Shown: positions 18,905 to 26,450 of the stretch, one piece after another
How positions within the stretch are numbered: position 1 is the stretch's first letter
How the letters are laid out: each line of letters opens with the position of its first letter
From: Lysobacterales bacterium
GTDB taxonomy: Bacteria; Pseudomonadota; Gammaproteobacteria; Xanthomonadales; S139-57
Direction: 5' to 3'
NCBI GenBank assembly: GCA_026993285.1
Contig: JALWTZ010000433.1
Span: forward strand, 1-35,218
DNA length: 35,218 nucleotides
Position numbers and translations under genes: made by a program
The notes under the pieces: generated by a model
Databases searched by the model: none
What the model was told of the DNA's origin: nothing
The model's input: only the letters and a program-made list of their open reading frames with translations

Positions 18905-19912
18905 TTACCTCGTGTTTTCTTCAATCAGTTTGCACAACATGCCCTTTTGCGCATGCAGGCGGTTTTCGGCCTCGTCGATAATCAGCGAGTTGGGTGAATC
19001 CACCACCGCATCGGTGGCCTTCACGTTTCTGCGCATGGGCAGGCAGTGGCTGAACAGCGCGTTGTTGGTCATGGCCATCTTGGCTTCATCCACGATGAAA
19101 TGGCGCAACTTGGCGCGCATGGGCAGCTCTTCTTCCCAGCGGCCAAAATAGGGGATGGCGCCCCAGCTCTTGGCGTAGACCACATCGGCGCCGGTGTAAG
19201 CTTCCTCGATGTCATGGGTAATGGTCAGGCTGCCACCGGCCGCTTCCGCATTGGCACGGGCCTGGTTCAGGTAACGCTCGTCCAGCAAATATTCCTCGTT
19301 GGGGCACAGCAGGGTGACATCCATGCCGAACCGGGTGGAAATCAACAGGCTGGAATTGGCCACGGCGGTATTCAGGGGCTTGGGGTGCCAGGTCCAGGTC
19401 AACACGTATTTCTTCTTTTTCACCTCGCCCAGGCGGTCCTGCACCGCCATCATGTGTGCCAGTTCCTGGCAGGGATGGGTGATGGTTTCCATGTTGAATA
19501 CCGGCACCTCGGCATGGGTGGCAAAGGCATGGAGAATCTTGTCCTGCCGGTCTTCCTGCCAGTCCTGGAATTTGGGAAAGGCGCGAATGCCGATCAGATC
19601 CACATAACGGGAAAGGACCCGCGCGGCTTCTTTCACATGCTCTTCGGCATCCCCATCCATGATGGCACCCATGTCGAAGGCCATGCCCCAGGCATCCTTG
19701 CCCGGCTGCAAGACAATGGCATGGCCACCCAGTTGCCAGGTGCCGATATCAAAGGAGGAACGGGTACGCAGCGAGGGGTTGAAAAACATTAGCGCAACGG
19801 CCTTGCCCTGCAACTGCCGGCCCATGGGGTTTTCCCGAAAGGCACGCCCCAGGTCGATCATGGACTGCAGTTCTTCCAGGCTCCAGTCCTGCGTGGTGAG
19901 AAAGTGTCTCAT
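18905..19912 (-). CDS. argF': N-acetylornithine carbamoyltransferase (AOTCase-type transcarbamylase)
   Basis: 335 aa. FFNPSLRTRSSF, GGHAIVLQPGKDAW, MDGDAEEH, IRAFPKF and NMETITHPCQELAH closely track my recollection of the Xanthomonas campestris acetylornithine transcarbamylase rather than classical OTCase. Confidence 0.88.
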   Translation of the reverse strand: MRHFLTTQDWSLEELQSMIDLGRAFRENPMGRQLQGKAVALMFFNPSLRTRSSFDIGTWQLGGHAIVLQPGKDAWGMAFDMGAIMDGDAEEHVKEAARVLSRYVDLIGIRAFPKFQDWQEDRQDKILHAFATHAEVPVFNMETITHPCQELAHMMAVQDRLGEVKKKKYVLTWTWHPKPLNTAVANSSLLISTRFGMDVTLLCPNEEYLLDERYLNQARANAEAAGGSLTITHDIEEAYTGADVVYAKSWGAIPYFGRWEEELPMRAKLRHFIVDEAKMAMTNNALFSHCLPMRRNVKATDAVVDSPNSLIIDEAENRLHAQKGMLCKLIEENTR

Positions 19913-19938
19913 GTTTGTTGTTCCCGTTTTTCAGCCAT

Positions 19939-19964
19939 AAAAAAACCCAGCACAGGCTGGGTTT
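19939..19964 (-). terminator. rho-independent terminator 26 nt upstream of the argF' ATG
   Basis: The minus strand reads AAACCCAGC-CTGT-GCTGGGTTT followed by more U (7 consecutive T in total): a 9-bp stem and 4-nt loop. Confidence 0.7.
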
Positions 19965-19985
19965 CATTCATGCGCGCAGCAGCAC

Positions 19986-20108
19986 TTACCCAGCCGTCGA
20001 TTGCGAAACTCGGCGTCGGCGCGGGTTGGTGCGGATGGAAATGGCGGCATGTGCATTCATCATGCGCAACTTATACCATGCGGCGGACAACAGGCTCAAG
20101 GATTGCAT
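19986..20108 (-). promoter_or_regulatory. candidate arg-operon leader peptide ORF (40 codons; RRRR run) with antiterminator element
   Basis: Hand translation of the minus strand gives MQSLSLLSAAWYKLRMMNAHAAISIRTNPRRRRVSQSTAG*. The Arg codons CGC CGA CGC CGA lie at 20021..20010. The last codons and stop (GCT GGG TAA) form GGCTGGGT, identical to the 3' arm of the downstream terminator. See findings. Confidence 0.4.
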
Positions 20109-20122
20109 GGCCTTCCCCCCCA

Positions 20123-21535
20123 TCAGGGAGAGCCCAGCGCGCGGATTCGCGCAGCCAGCTGGCGGATGGTTTCCAGCGTGGTGTTGCGGTGCATGACCAC
20201 CAGCCGCAGCCAGCGCTTGCCCTGATAGATGGTGGTGGAGAGATGAAACGCTCCTTCTTCGATCAGGGCATCCCGCACGGCAATGGGGTCGCTACCCACA
20301 TGCTCAAAACAGAGAATATTGGCCTCTGGTTCCACCGGGCAGTGAAAATCCGCCTGCTGTTCAAACCAGGCCCAGGCCTGGTGGGCCAGATCCACGGTAT
20401 AGGCCAGGTCCTCGGCCAGGGCACGCGGCCCCTTTTCCGCCAGGGTGAAAAACAGCTTCAGCGCCTGCCCGGCCCGGGTACATTCCACCGTGCGGTGCAT
20501 GAAATCAAAACCGGGCTGGCGCTTTTCATGAAACAGATAGCTGGCCTCCTGCTCGAAAGCCTGGTCCAGATAGCGCGCCTGCCGCAGCAGCACCGCCGTG
20601 CACAGGGGCGGGGTCTGCATCATCTTGTGCGCGTCCCAGATCATGGAATCCGCCAGCTCCAGGCCATCCAGCCGCTGGCGCAGTTCAGGGTGCAGCAAAA
20701 AGGCACCGCCGTGGGCCGCGTCCACATGCAGCCAGACGCCCTGCTCCCGGCAGATCTCGCCAATGGGTCGCAACGGGTCAAACAGGCCGGCGGCCGTGGA
20801 ACAGGCATTGGCCACCACGGCCATGATCCGCCTGCCCTGCTCGCGCAGCCGGGCAATCTGCTGCGGCAGGGCCTCTGGCCGGATCACCCCCCGTTCGTCC
20901 ACGGCCAGCGCTTCGATCTGTCGGCGGCCCAGGCCCAGCAGGCCACAGGAACGGGCCACCGAATAGTGGCTCTGGGGCGTGGCCAGCACCACCAGGTCAT
21001 CCGGCACGCCATTTTCCCAGGCATCGGGTGCCTCATGGGTGCGCGCGGCCAGCAGGGCAGTCAAATTGCCCAGCGAGCCACCGTGGGTCAGCACACCGGC
21101 CCCGCTGTGATCATCCGGGCGGCGATCGCGTGGCCAGGGCGCCGGCTGCCAGCCGCAGTGTTCCAGCATCCAGTTGATCAGCACATATTCGATGGCTGCC
21201 GTGGCCGGCCCCATTTCATAGATGTTCATGGGGTTGTTGATCAGGCCATCCACCAGCGCGCCGATCGTGCCGCCGGTACTGCTGGCACAGGTCTGGTGGG
21301 CCAGAAAACCCGGTGCATGCAATTTGGTGGAGGCCGGCAGGAACGCCTGCAGGAAATCCCGCAGCTGTGGTTCGTCCATGCCACCCTGCTCGATCCACTG
21401 GCGTACCGAAAGCCGCTCCGCCAGTTCACGCAAGGGCGGCAGGGCCACCGCACCCAAGGCACCACCGCGGCTTTCATGCAGGTATGTCTGCAGCTGCGGC
21501 AAAATCTGCTCGATGGCCTGTTGCACGTTTTTCAT
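20123..21535 (-). CDS. pyridoxal phosphate-dependent decarboxylase (group II family), substrate unknown
   Basis: The track ORF 20123..21574 begins at a GTG. The ATG at 21535 (MKNVQQAIEQIL...) avoids overlap with map. Motifs HVDAAHGG and the PLP-lysine DAHKMM are present. Confidence 0.82.
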   Translation of the reverse strand: MKNVQQAIEQILPQLQTYLHESRGGALGAVALPPLRELAERLSVRQWIEQGGMDEPQLRDFLQAFLPASTKLHAPGFLAHQTCASSTGGTIGALVDGLINNPMNIYEMGPATAAIEYVLINWMLEHCGWQPAPWPRDRRPDDHSGAGVLTHGGSLGNLTALLAARTHEAPDAWENGVPDDLVVLATPQSHYSVARSCGLLGLGRRQIEALAVDERGVIRPEALPQQIARLREQGRRIMAVVANACSTAAGLFDPLRPIGEICREQGVWLHVDAAHGGAFLLHPELRQRLDGLELADSMIWDAHKMMQTPPLCTAVLLRQARYLDQAFEQEASYLFHEKRQPGFDFMHRTVECTRAGQALKLFFTLAEKGPRALAEDLAYTVDLAHQAWAWFEQQADFHCPVEPEANILCFEHVGSDPIAVRDALIEEGAFHLSTTIYQGKRWLRLVVMHRNTTLETIRQLAARIRALGSP

Positions 21536-21560
21536 TCGAATGGAAATTCCGGGCAGTGCT

Positions 21561-22328
21561 TCAGGGCTCGTCACCGGGCAGGCAGGTCAGAATTTCATGC
21601 CCGTCCTCGGTGACCAGTATGGTGTGCTCGTACTGGGCCGAAAGTGAACGGTCTTTCGTCACCACCGTCCAGCCGTCTCCCAGCGTCTTGCAGGCGGCCT
21701 TGCCCACATTCACCATGGGTTCGATGGTGAAAATCATGCCCGGCACCATTTCCACCCCGGTGCCGGGGCTGCCGTAGTGCAACACCTGCGGGTCCTCATG
21801 AAAGCCCCTGCCAATGCCATGTCCGCAATACTCGCGCACCACGGAAAAGCCCTGCTTTTCCACAAAACGCTGAATGGCATGGCCAATATCGCCCAGATGC
21901 TTGCCGGGGGCGACCTGTTCAATGCCCAGCAGCATGGCCTTGTGCGCGGTCTCGCAGACCCGGCGGGCCATGATGGAAGGCTCGCCCACATAGAACATCT
22001 TGCTGGTATCCCCGTGGTAGCCATCCTTGATGACAGTGATGTCGATATTGATGATGTCGCCTTTCTTCAGCTTCTTGTCACCGGGGATGCCATGGCAGAT
22101 CACATGGTTGACCGAAGTGCAAATGGACCTGGGGAAGCCATGGTAGTTCAGCGGTGCCGGTATCGCGTTTTGCTCATTGACGATATAGTCATGACAGATC
22201 CGATCCAGTTCATCGGTGGTGATACCCGGTTGCACATGGGGCCGGATCATCCGCAGCACCTCGGCGGCCAGACGGCCGGCCACGCGCATTTTCTCGATTT
22301 CTTCCGGGGTCTTGATCTTGATATCCAT
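21561..22328 (-). CDS. map: type I methionine aminopeptidase
   Basis: The track ORF is trimmed to ATG 22328 (MDIKIKTPEEIEKMRVAGRLAAEVL...). It is nearly co-linear with E. coli Map, including the metal-ligand regions. Confidence 0.95.
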   Translation of the reverse strand: MDIKIKTPEEIEKMRVAGRLAAEVLRMIRPHVQPGITTDELDRICHDYIVNEQNAIPAPLNYHGFPRSICTSVNHVICHGIPGDKKLKKGDIINIDITVIKDGYHGDTSKMFYVGEPSIMARRVCETAHKAMLLGIEQVAPGKHLGDIGHAIQRFVEKQGFSVVREYCGHGIGRGFHEDPQVLHYGSPGTGVEMVPGMIFTIEPMVNVGKAACKTLGDGWTVVTKDRSLSAQYEHTILVTEDGHEILTCLPGDEP

Positions 22329-22371
22329 TAAAAGGTCTCGGGCAAAAGCTCTCTGGTATTCAGGGTTTTTC

Positions 22372-22400
22372 TTGATTGATATGTCTGCGCGTGGTATAAA
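22372..22400 (+). promoter_or_regulatory. sigma70-like promoter for rpsB-tsf (extended -10)
   Basis: TTGATT (22372-22377), a 17-nt spacer, then TGg-TATAAA (22395-22400). It predicts a 5' leader of about 185 nt before rpsB. Confidence 0.45.
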
Positions 22401-22590
22401 GCCGCGGCTTTCCGGCCGATGCCGGGAAAACGCAGCCATTATGCATGAATTTGCAGGTTGCTGAAATCTGCTGCCATCGCCCAATCACGGGACCGGGTGC
22501 CCAGTGACACCGACCAGAGTCCGTGTCGAGGAGGGTCGTTACCGTGGGGCCGTGGCAGGTCAACCCAACCCGTTACAACGAGGAAATACC

Positions 22591-23562
22591 ATGCCCAAGA
22601 TCACCATGCGTGAGATGCTGGAGGCTGGCGTTCATTTTGGACACCAGACCCGTTTCTGGAACCCGAAGATGGCCGAGTACATCTACGGTGCCCGCAACAA
22701 GATTCACATCATCAACCTGGAAAAGACCCTGCCCCTGTTCGAAGAGGCGCTGAACTTCATCAGCTCTCTGGCCGCCCGTCGTGGCACCATCATGTTCGTG
22801 GGCACCAAGCGTTCTGCCCGCACTGCCATCAGTGAAGAAGCCCAGCGCGCCAAGTCCCCCTATGTTTCCCACCGCTGGCTCGGTGGCATGCTCACCAACT
22901 TCCGCACCGTGCGCCAGTCGGTTCGCCGCCTGATGGATCTGGAAAAGATGGAAGAAGACGGCAGCTTTGACAAGCTGGTGAAAAAGGAAGTGCTGACCCT
23001 GCGGCGGGAAAAAGACAAGCTGGAGCGTTCCCTTGGCGGTATCAAGGACATGAAGAAGCTCCCGGACGCACTGTTTGTCATCGACATCGGGCATGAATCC
23101 ATTGCCCTGAAAGAAGCCAAGAAACTGGGCATCCCGGTCATAGGCATTGTGGATACCAATGCTGACCCGGACCTGGTTGATTACCTGATCCCCGGCAACG
23201 ACGATGCCATCCGCGCCAACCGTCTCTATGCCCGCGCCGTGGCCGATGCCATTCTGGAAGGCCGTCTCTCCGCCCCCACCGCTGGTGGCTCGGAAGAAGA
23301 GCTGGTTGAAGTGGATGAGGAGGGCAACCCCATCGTCAAGGAAGAAACCGCTGAAGCCAAGCCCAAGAAGAAAGCGGCCGCGAAAAAGAAAACCGCAGCC
23401 AAGAAGACCGCTGCCAAAAAGACCACTGCCAAGAAAACCGCAAGCAAGAAAACCGCCAAGAAGGCGGCTGCAAAAACCGAAGAAGCACCCAAGGCAGAGG
23501 ATGCTGCCCAGGCTGAAGCAGAACAGCCTGCTGCAGACGCGGAAGAAGGCAAGGCCGAATAA
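22591..23562 (+). CDS. rpsB: 30S ribosomal protein S2 with Lys/Ala-rich C-terminal extension
   Basis: The track ORF is trimmed to ATG 22591 ([27 protein letters not shown]), with AGGAA Shine-Dalgarno 5 nt upstream. It is 323 aa. The last ~95 aa are an acidic linker, then [40 protein letters not shown], then an acidic tail. Confidence 0.95.
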   Translation: MPKITMREMLEAGVHFGHQTRFWNPKMAEYIYGARNKIHIINLEKTLPLFEEALNFISSLAARRGTIMFVGTKRSARTAISEEAQRAKSPYVSHRWLGGMLTNFRTVRQSVRRLMDLEKMEEDGSFDKLVKKEVLTLRREKDKLERSLGGIKDMKKLPDALFVIDIGHESIALKEAKKLGIPVIGIVDTNADPDLVDYLIPGNDDAIRANRLYARAVADAILEGRLSAPTAGGSEEELVEVDEEGNPIVKEETAEAKPKKKAAAKKKTAAKKTAAKKTTAKKTASKKTAKKAAAKTEEAPKAEDAAQAEAEQPAADAEEGKAE

Positions 23563-23688
23563 GCTCCGATGGATGCGCCCGCCCTGCAGCGGGCCATTCC
23601 CGATATCTACAGGTCCCGCACTGCTGCAAACCCAGGTTTTGGTGGCAGGGCGGGCAGTTCGAACAAGTATTGAACAGAGGTGAAAATC

Positions 23689-24567
23689 ATGGCGATTACA
23701 GCCGCAATGGTGAAAGAACTGAGAGAGCGCACGGGCGCTGGCATGATGGAATGCAAGAAAGCCCTGACCGAAACCGGCGGGGACATGGAAGCGGCCATCG
23801 AGCACCTGCGCAAGACCGGCCTGGCCAAGGCTGACAAGAAAGCTGGCCGCACGGCTGCCGAAGGTGTGATCATCATGGCTCAGAGCGATGATGGCAAGAC
23901 CGCCGTGCTGGTGGAAGTCAACTCCGAAACCGATTTCGTGGCCAAGGATGAAAACTTCAAGGCCTTTGCCGACAAGGTGGCACAGATTGCCCTCAACAGC
24001 GGCGCTTCCACTATCGAAGAACTGCTGGCAGCCGAATACGAAGCTGGCAAGAGTGTGGAACAAGCCCGTCAGGAACTGATTGCCAAGGTGGGTGAAAACA
24101 TCCAGGTGCGCCGCATGGTGCGGGTGGAAACCGAGCATATGATCGGTGCCTACATCCACGGTGGTCGCATCGGCGTGCTGGTGGAGCAGGAAGGCGGTGA
24201 CGCCGAGCTGGCCAAGGATATCGCCATGCATGTGGCCGCCATCAACCCGGCCTATGTGGATGCCGACAGTGTGCCCGCCGAGGTGGTGGAAAAGGAAAAG
24301 GCCATCCTGGTTGCCCAGGCCGAGGAATCCGGCAAGCCGGCTGACATCATCGAAAAAATGATTCAGGGCCGTCTGCGCAAGTTCCTTGCTGAAATCACCC
24401 TGCTGGGTCAGCCTTTCGTGAAGGACGGTGACATTACCGTGGAAAAACTGCTCAAGAACAAGGGTGCCAGCGTCAAGGGCTTCCAGCGCCTGGCCGTGGG
24501 CGAAGGCATCGAGAAGAAGGAAGAGAACTTTGCCGAGGAAGTGATGGCCCAAGTCAAGGGCGGCTGA
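23689..24567 (+). CDS. tsf: translation elongation factor Ts
   Basis: The track ORF starts at GTG 23680. ATG 23689 gives [26 protein letters not shown]..., the canonical EF-Ts N-terminus. Confidence 0.95.
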   Translation: MAITAAMVKELRERTGAGMMECKKALTETGGDMEAAIEHLRKTGLAKADKKAGRTAAEGVIIMAQSDDGKTAVLVEVNSETDFVAKDENFKAFADKVAQIALNSGASTIEELLAAEYEAGKSVEQARQELIAKVGENIQVRRMVRVETEHMIGAYIHGGRIGVLVEQEGGDAELAKDIAMHVAAINPAYVDADSVPAEVVEKEKAILVAQAEESGKPADIIEKMIQGRLRKFLAEITLLGQPFVKDGDITVEKLLKNKGASVKGFQRLAVGEGIEKKEENFAEEVMAQVKGG

Positions 24568-24595
24568 TCCGGCCCCATCCCCTGAAAGCCTGAGG

Positions 24596-24625
24596 AAACC
24601 GGGGCCATGCGCCCCGGTTTTTTTA
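24596..24625 (+). terminator. rho-independent terminator after tsf
   Basis: AAACCGGGGC (24596-24605), loop CATGC, GCCCCGGTTT (24611-24620), then TTTTT. Confidence 0.8.
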
Positions 24626-24708
24626 TGCCTGTGGCACCGGGCTTACACATATTCCATTCTGGATAGATAGCAGGTATAGTGCCGCCTTTCATTCACTGGA
24701 GAGCCCCG

Positions 24709-26261
24709 ATGAGTGACGCACATTCCGAAGTCAACGATCGTCTGGCTGATACCAAGCAACTGGGTCTGTTTGCTGCCCTGGCCAGCCTGTCCTGGGTGTT
24801 CTGGGTCGTCGGCGGCATGGAAATGGTCGAACGACTGGCCTTCTATGGCGTAAAGGCCGTGGCCACCCTGTATGCCAAGGCGCCCGCTTCCGAAGGTGGC
24901 CTGGGCGTTACACTGACCGACTTCGGCTACATCCTCACCGTCTGGGCCTTTGTACAAACCTTCGTGCCCGTGTTCACCGGTGGGCTTTCCGACCGTTTCG
25001 GCTACAAGGAAACCATTTTTGCTTCCACCATCATCAAGATCCTCGGCTATCTCACCATGGGGTTCTTCCCCACCTACTGGGGTTTTTTTGCCGGGGCGGT
25101 GATCCTGGCCATCGGCACCGGCATTTTCAAGCCGGGCATTCAGGGCACGCTGGTGAACGCCACCAGCCGCAAGAACTCCTCCATGGCCTGGGGCGTGTTC
25201 TACCAGACGGTCAACATCGGTGGCTGGATGGGGCCATTGCTGGCCGCCAAGCTGCGGGTACTATCCTGGGAACACCTGTTCTTTGCCTGTGCCGCCATCA
25301 TCTCCATCAACTTTCTGCTCCTGCTGCTCTACAAGGAACCACACAAGGAAGAACGCCTGCGGAGAAGGGCGAGATGCAAGCCAGCGGGGAGCAAGAGGAA
25401 CCACTGTGGAAAGCGGCCCTGCATGAGCTGAAAAACCCGGTGCTGGCCTGGTACATGGTGCTGTTTTCCGGTTTCTGGTTCATGTTCAACTCATTCTTTG
25501 ACGTGCTGCCCGCCTATATTGATGACTGGGTGGATACCTCCACCATCATCCATACCCTGTTTGGCCCGGATGGCACCGACAACATGGCTGCCCGCTTCTT
25601 CCTGGGCATGAATTCGGCCACCACTATCAGCCCGGAAGGCCTGCTCAATCTCAATGCGGGCCTGATCATGCTCACCTGCTTCCTGTTTGCCGCACTGAGT
25701 GCCAAGATGCGCGCGCCCACCTCCATCCTGGTGGGCACCATGCTCTCCACCGGTGCCCTGTTCATTATCGGCAGCCTGCCGTGGGCCTGGTTCATGGTGC
25801 TGGGCATCCTGACCTTCAGTGTGGGCGAAATGCTCTCCAGCCCCAAAAGCTCGGAATTCATCGGCAACATCGCCCCGCCGGACAAGGTGGGCATGTACCT
25901 GGGTTTCACCCAGTTTCCCATCGGCATCGGCTGGACGCTGGAAGGCATGGTCGCCCCCCGCCTGTATGACATTTTCTCCTCCAAGGATCATTTCTCCCGC
26001 GAATTACTGCAGCAGATGGGCATGAGTGCGGATCAGGTCGCCGCCATCCCGCAAGGGGAAGCCTTTCAACATCTGGTGGAATTCTCCGGTCAACCGGCGC
26101 AGGTTCTGACCCAACAGCTCTACGAAACCCACACGGTGGGCATGGGTTGGTACATCATGGGCGTGGTGGGTATCATCACCTGCGTGGGACTGTATCTGTA
26201 CAGCCGCTGGATCTACCGCATGGCACAGGCCCGAATCACGGCGGAACCACAGCCTGCCTGA
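24709..26261 (+). pseudogene. POT/PTR2-family (MFS) peptide:H+ symporter, reading frame interrupted in the central loop
   Basis: Two overlapping ORFs lie in different frames. The N-half is 24709..25431 (ATG after GGAG; ExxERxxYY-type MEMVERLAFYG, GGLSDRFG, FKPGIQG). The C-half is 25374..26261. Together they make about 515 aa, the size of a POT transporter. The frame change lies around 25350-25375, just after ...LLLYKEPHKEE. Confidence 0.6.
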
Positions 26262-26354
26262 CGGGCAGAACAGTACATGGCCCTCTGTTGCAGGGGGCTA
26301 TCCTGCCCTTCAATGTACTCGTCAGGTTTCACGCCTGACGGCACAAGTAGTACC

Positions 26355-26437
26355 GTAGGGTGCAATAGCGCAGCGTATTGCACCGGGACCATTTCAATCC
26401 CAATGGCCGGAATACGGCGTCCCCGATTCCGCCCTAC
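26355..26437. repeat. REP-like palindrome doublet (two GTAGGG-headed imperfect palindromes in inverted orientation)
   Basis: Unit 1 (+) is GTAGGGTGCAATAGCGCAGCGTATTGCACC (26355-26384), with a 9-bp stem 26359-67/26376-84. Unit 2 (-) is GTAGGGCGGAATCGGGGACGCCGTATTCC (26437..26409). The pair lies between convergent genes. Confidence 0.4.
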
Positions 26438-26450
26438 GGCAGGCTTGGAT

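Noticed and set aside
19964-20056. Alternative small ORF in the arg leader (MHMPPFPSAPTRADAEFRNRRLGKCCCAHE*, - strand)
   Set aside because: It has fewer, non-contiguous Arg codons, and its stop sits at the 5' arm of the terminator. That does not give a coherent attenuation logic, so the RRRR frame is preferred. It cannot be excluded without data.
19966-20066. Two GCGCATG(ATG)AATG motifs in the arg leader as possible ArgR ARG boxes
   Set aside because: Each shares only the TGAAT half with the 18-bp ARG-box palindrome (TGAAT-N4-ATTCA). They lie about 85 nt apart, not as a tandem pair.
13025-21613. Series of long + strand ORFs opposite the arg operon and decarboxylase (13025..13852, 13865..14512, 15214..16638, 17160..17804, 17852..18871, 19046..19792, 19904..21613)
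   Set aside because: Each lies antisense to a confidently identified enzyme gene. None has a Shine-Dalgarno or motifs, and their composition is that of GC-rich mirror frames.
22573-24552. 659-aa ORF on the - strand opposite rpsB and tsf
   Set aside because: It would span two highly conserved genes and their intergenic spacer, and it has no recognisable domain. It is a shadow ORF.
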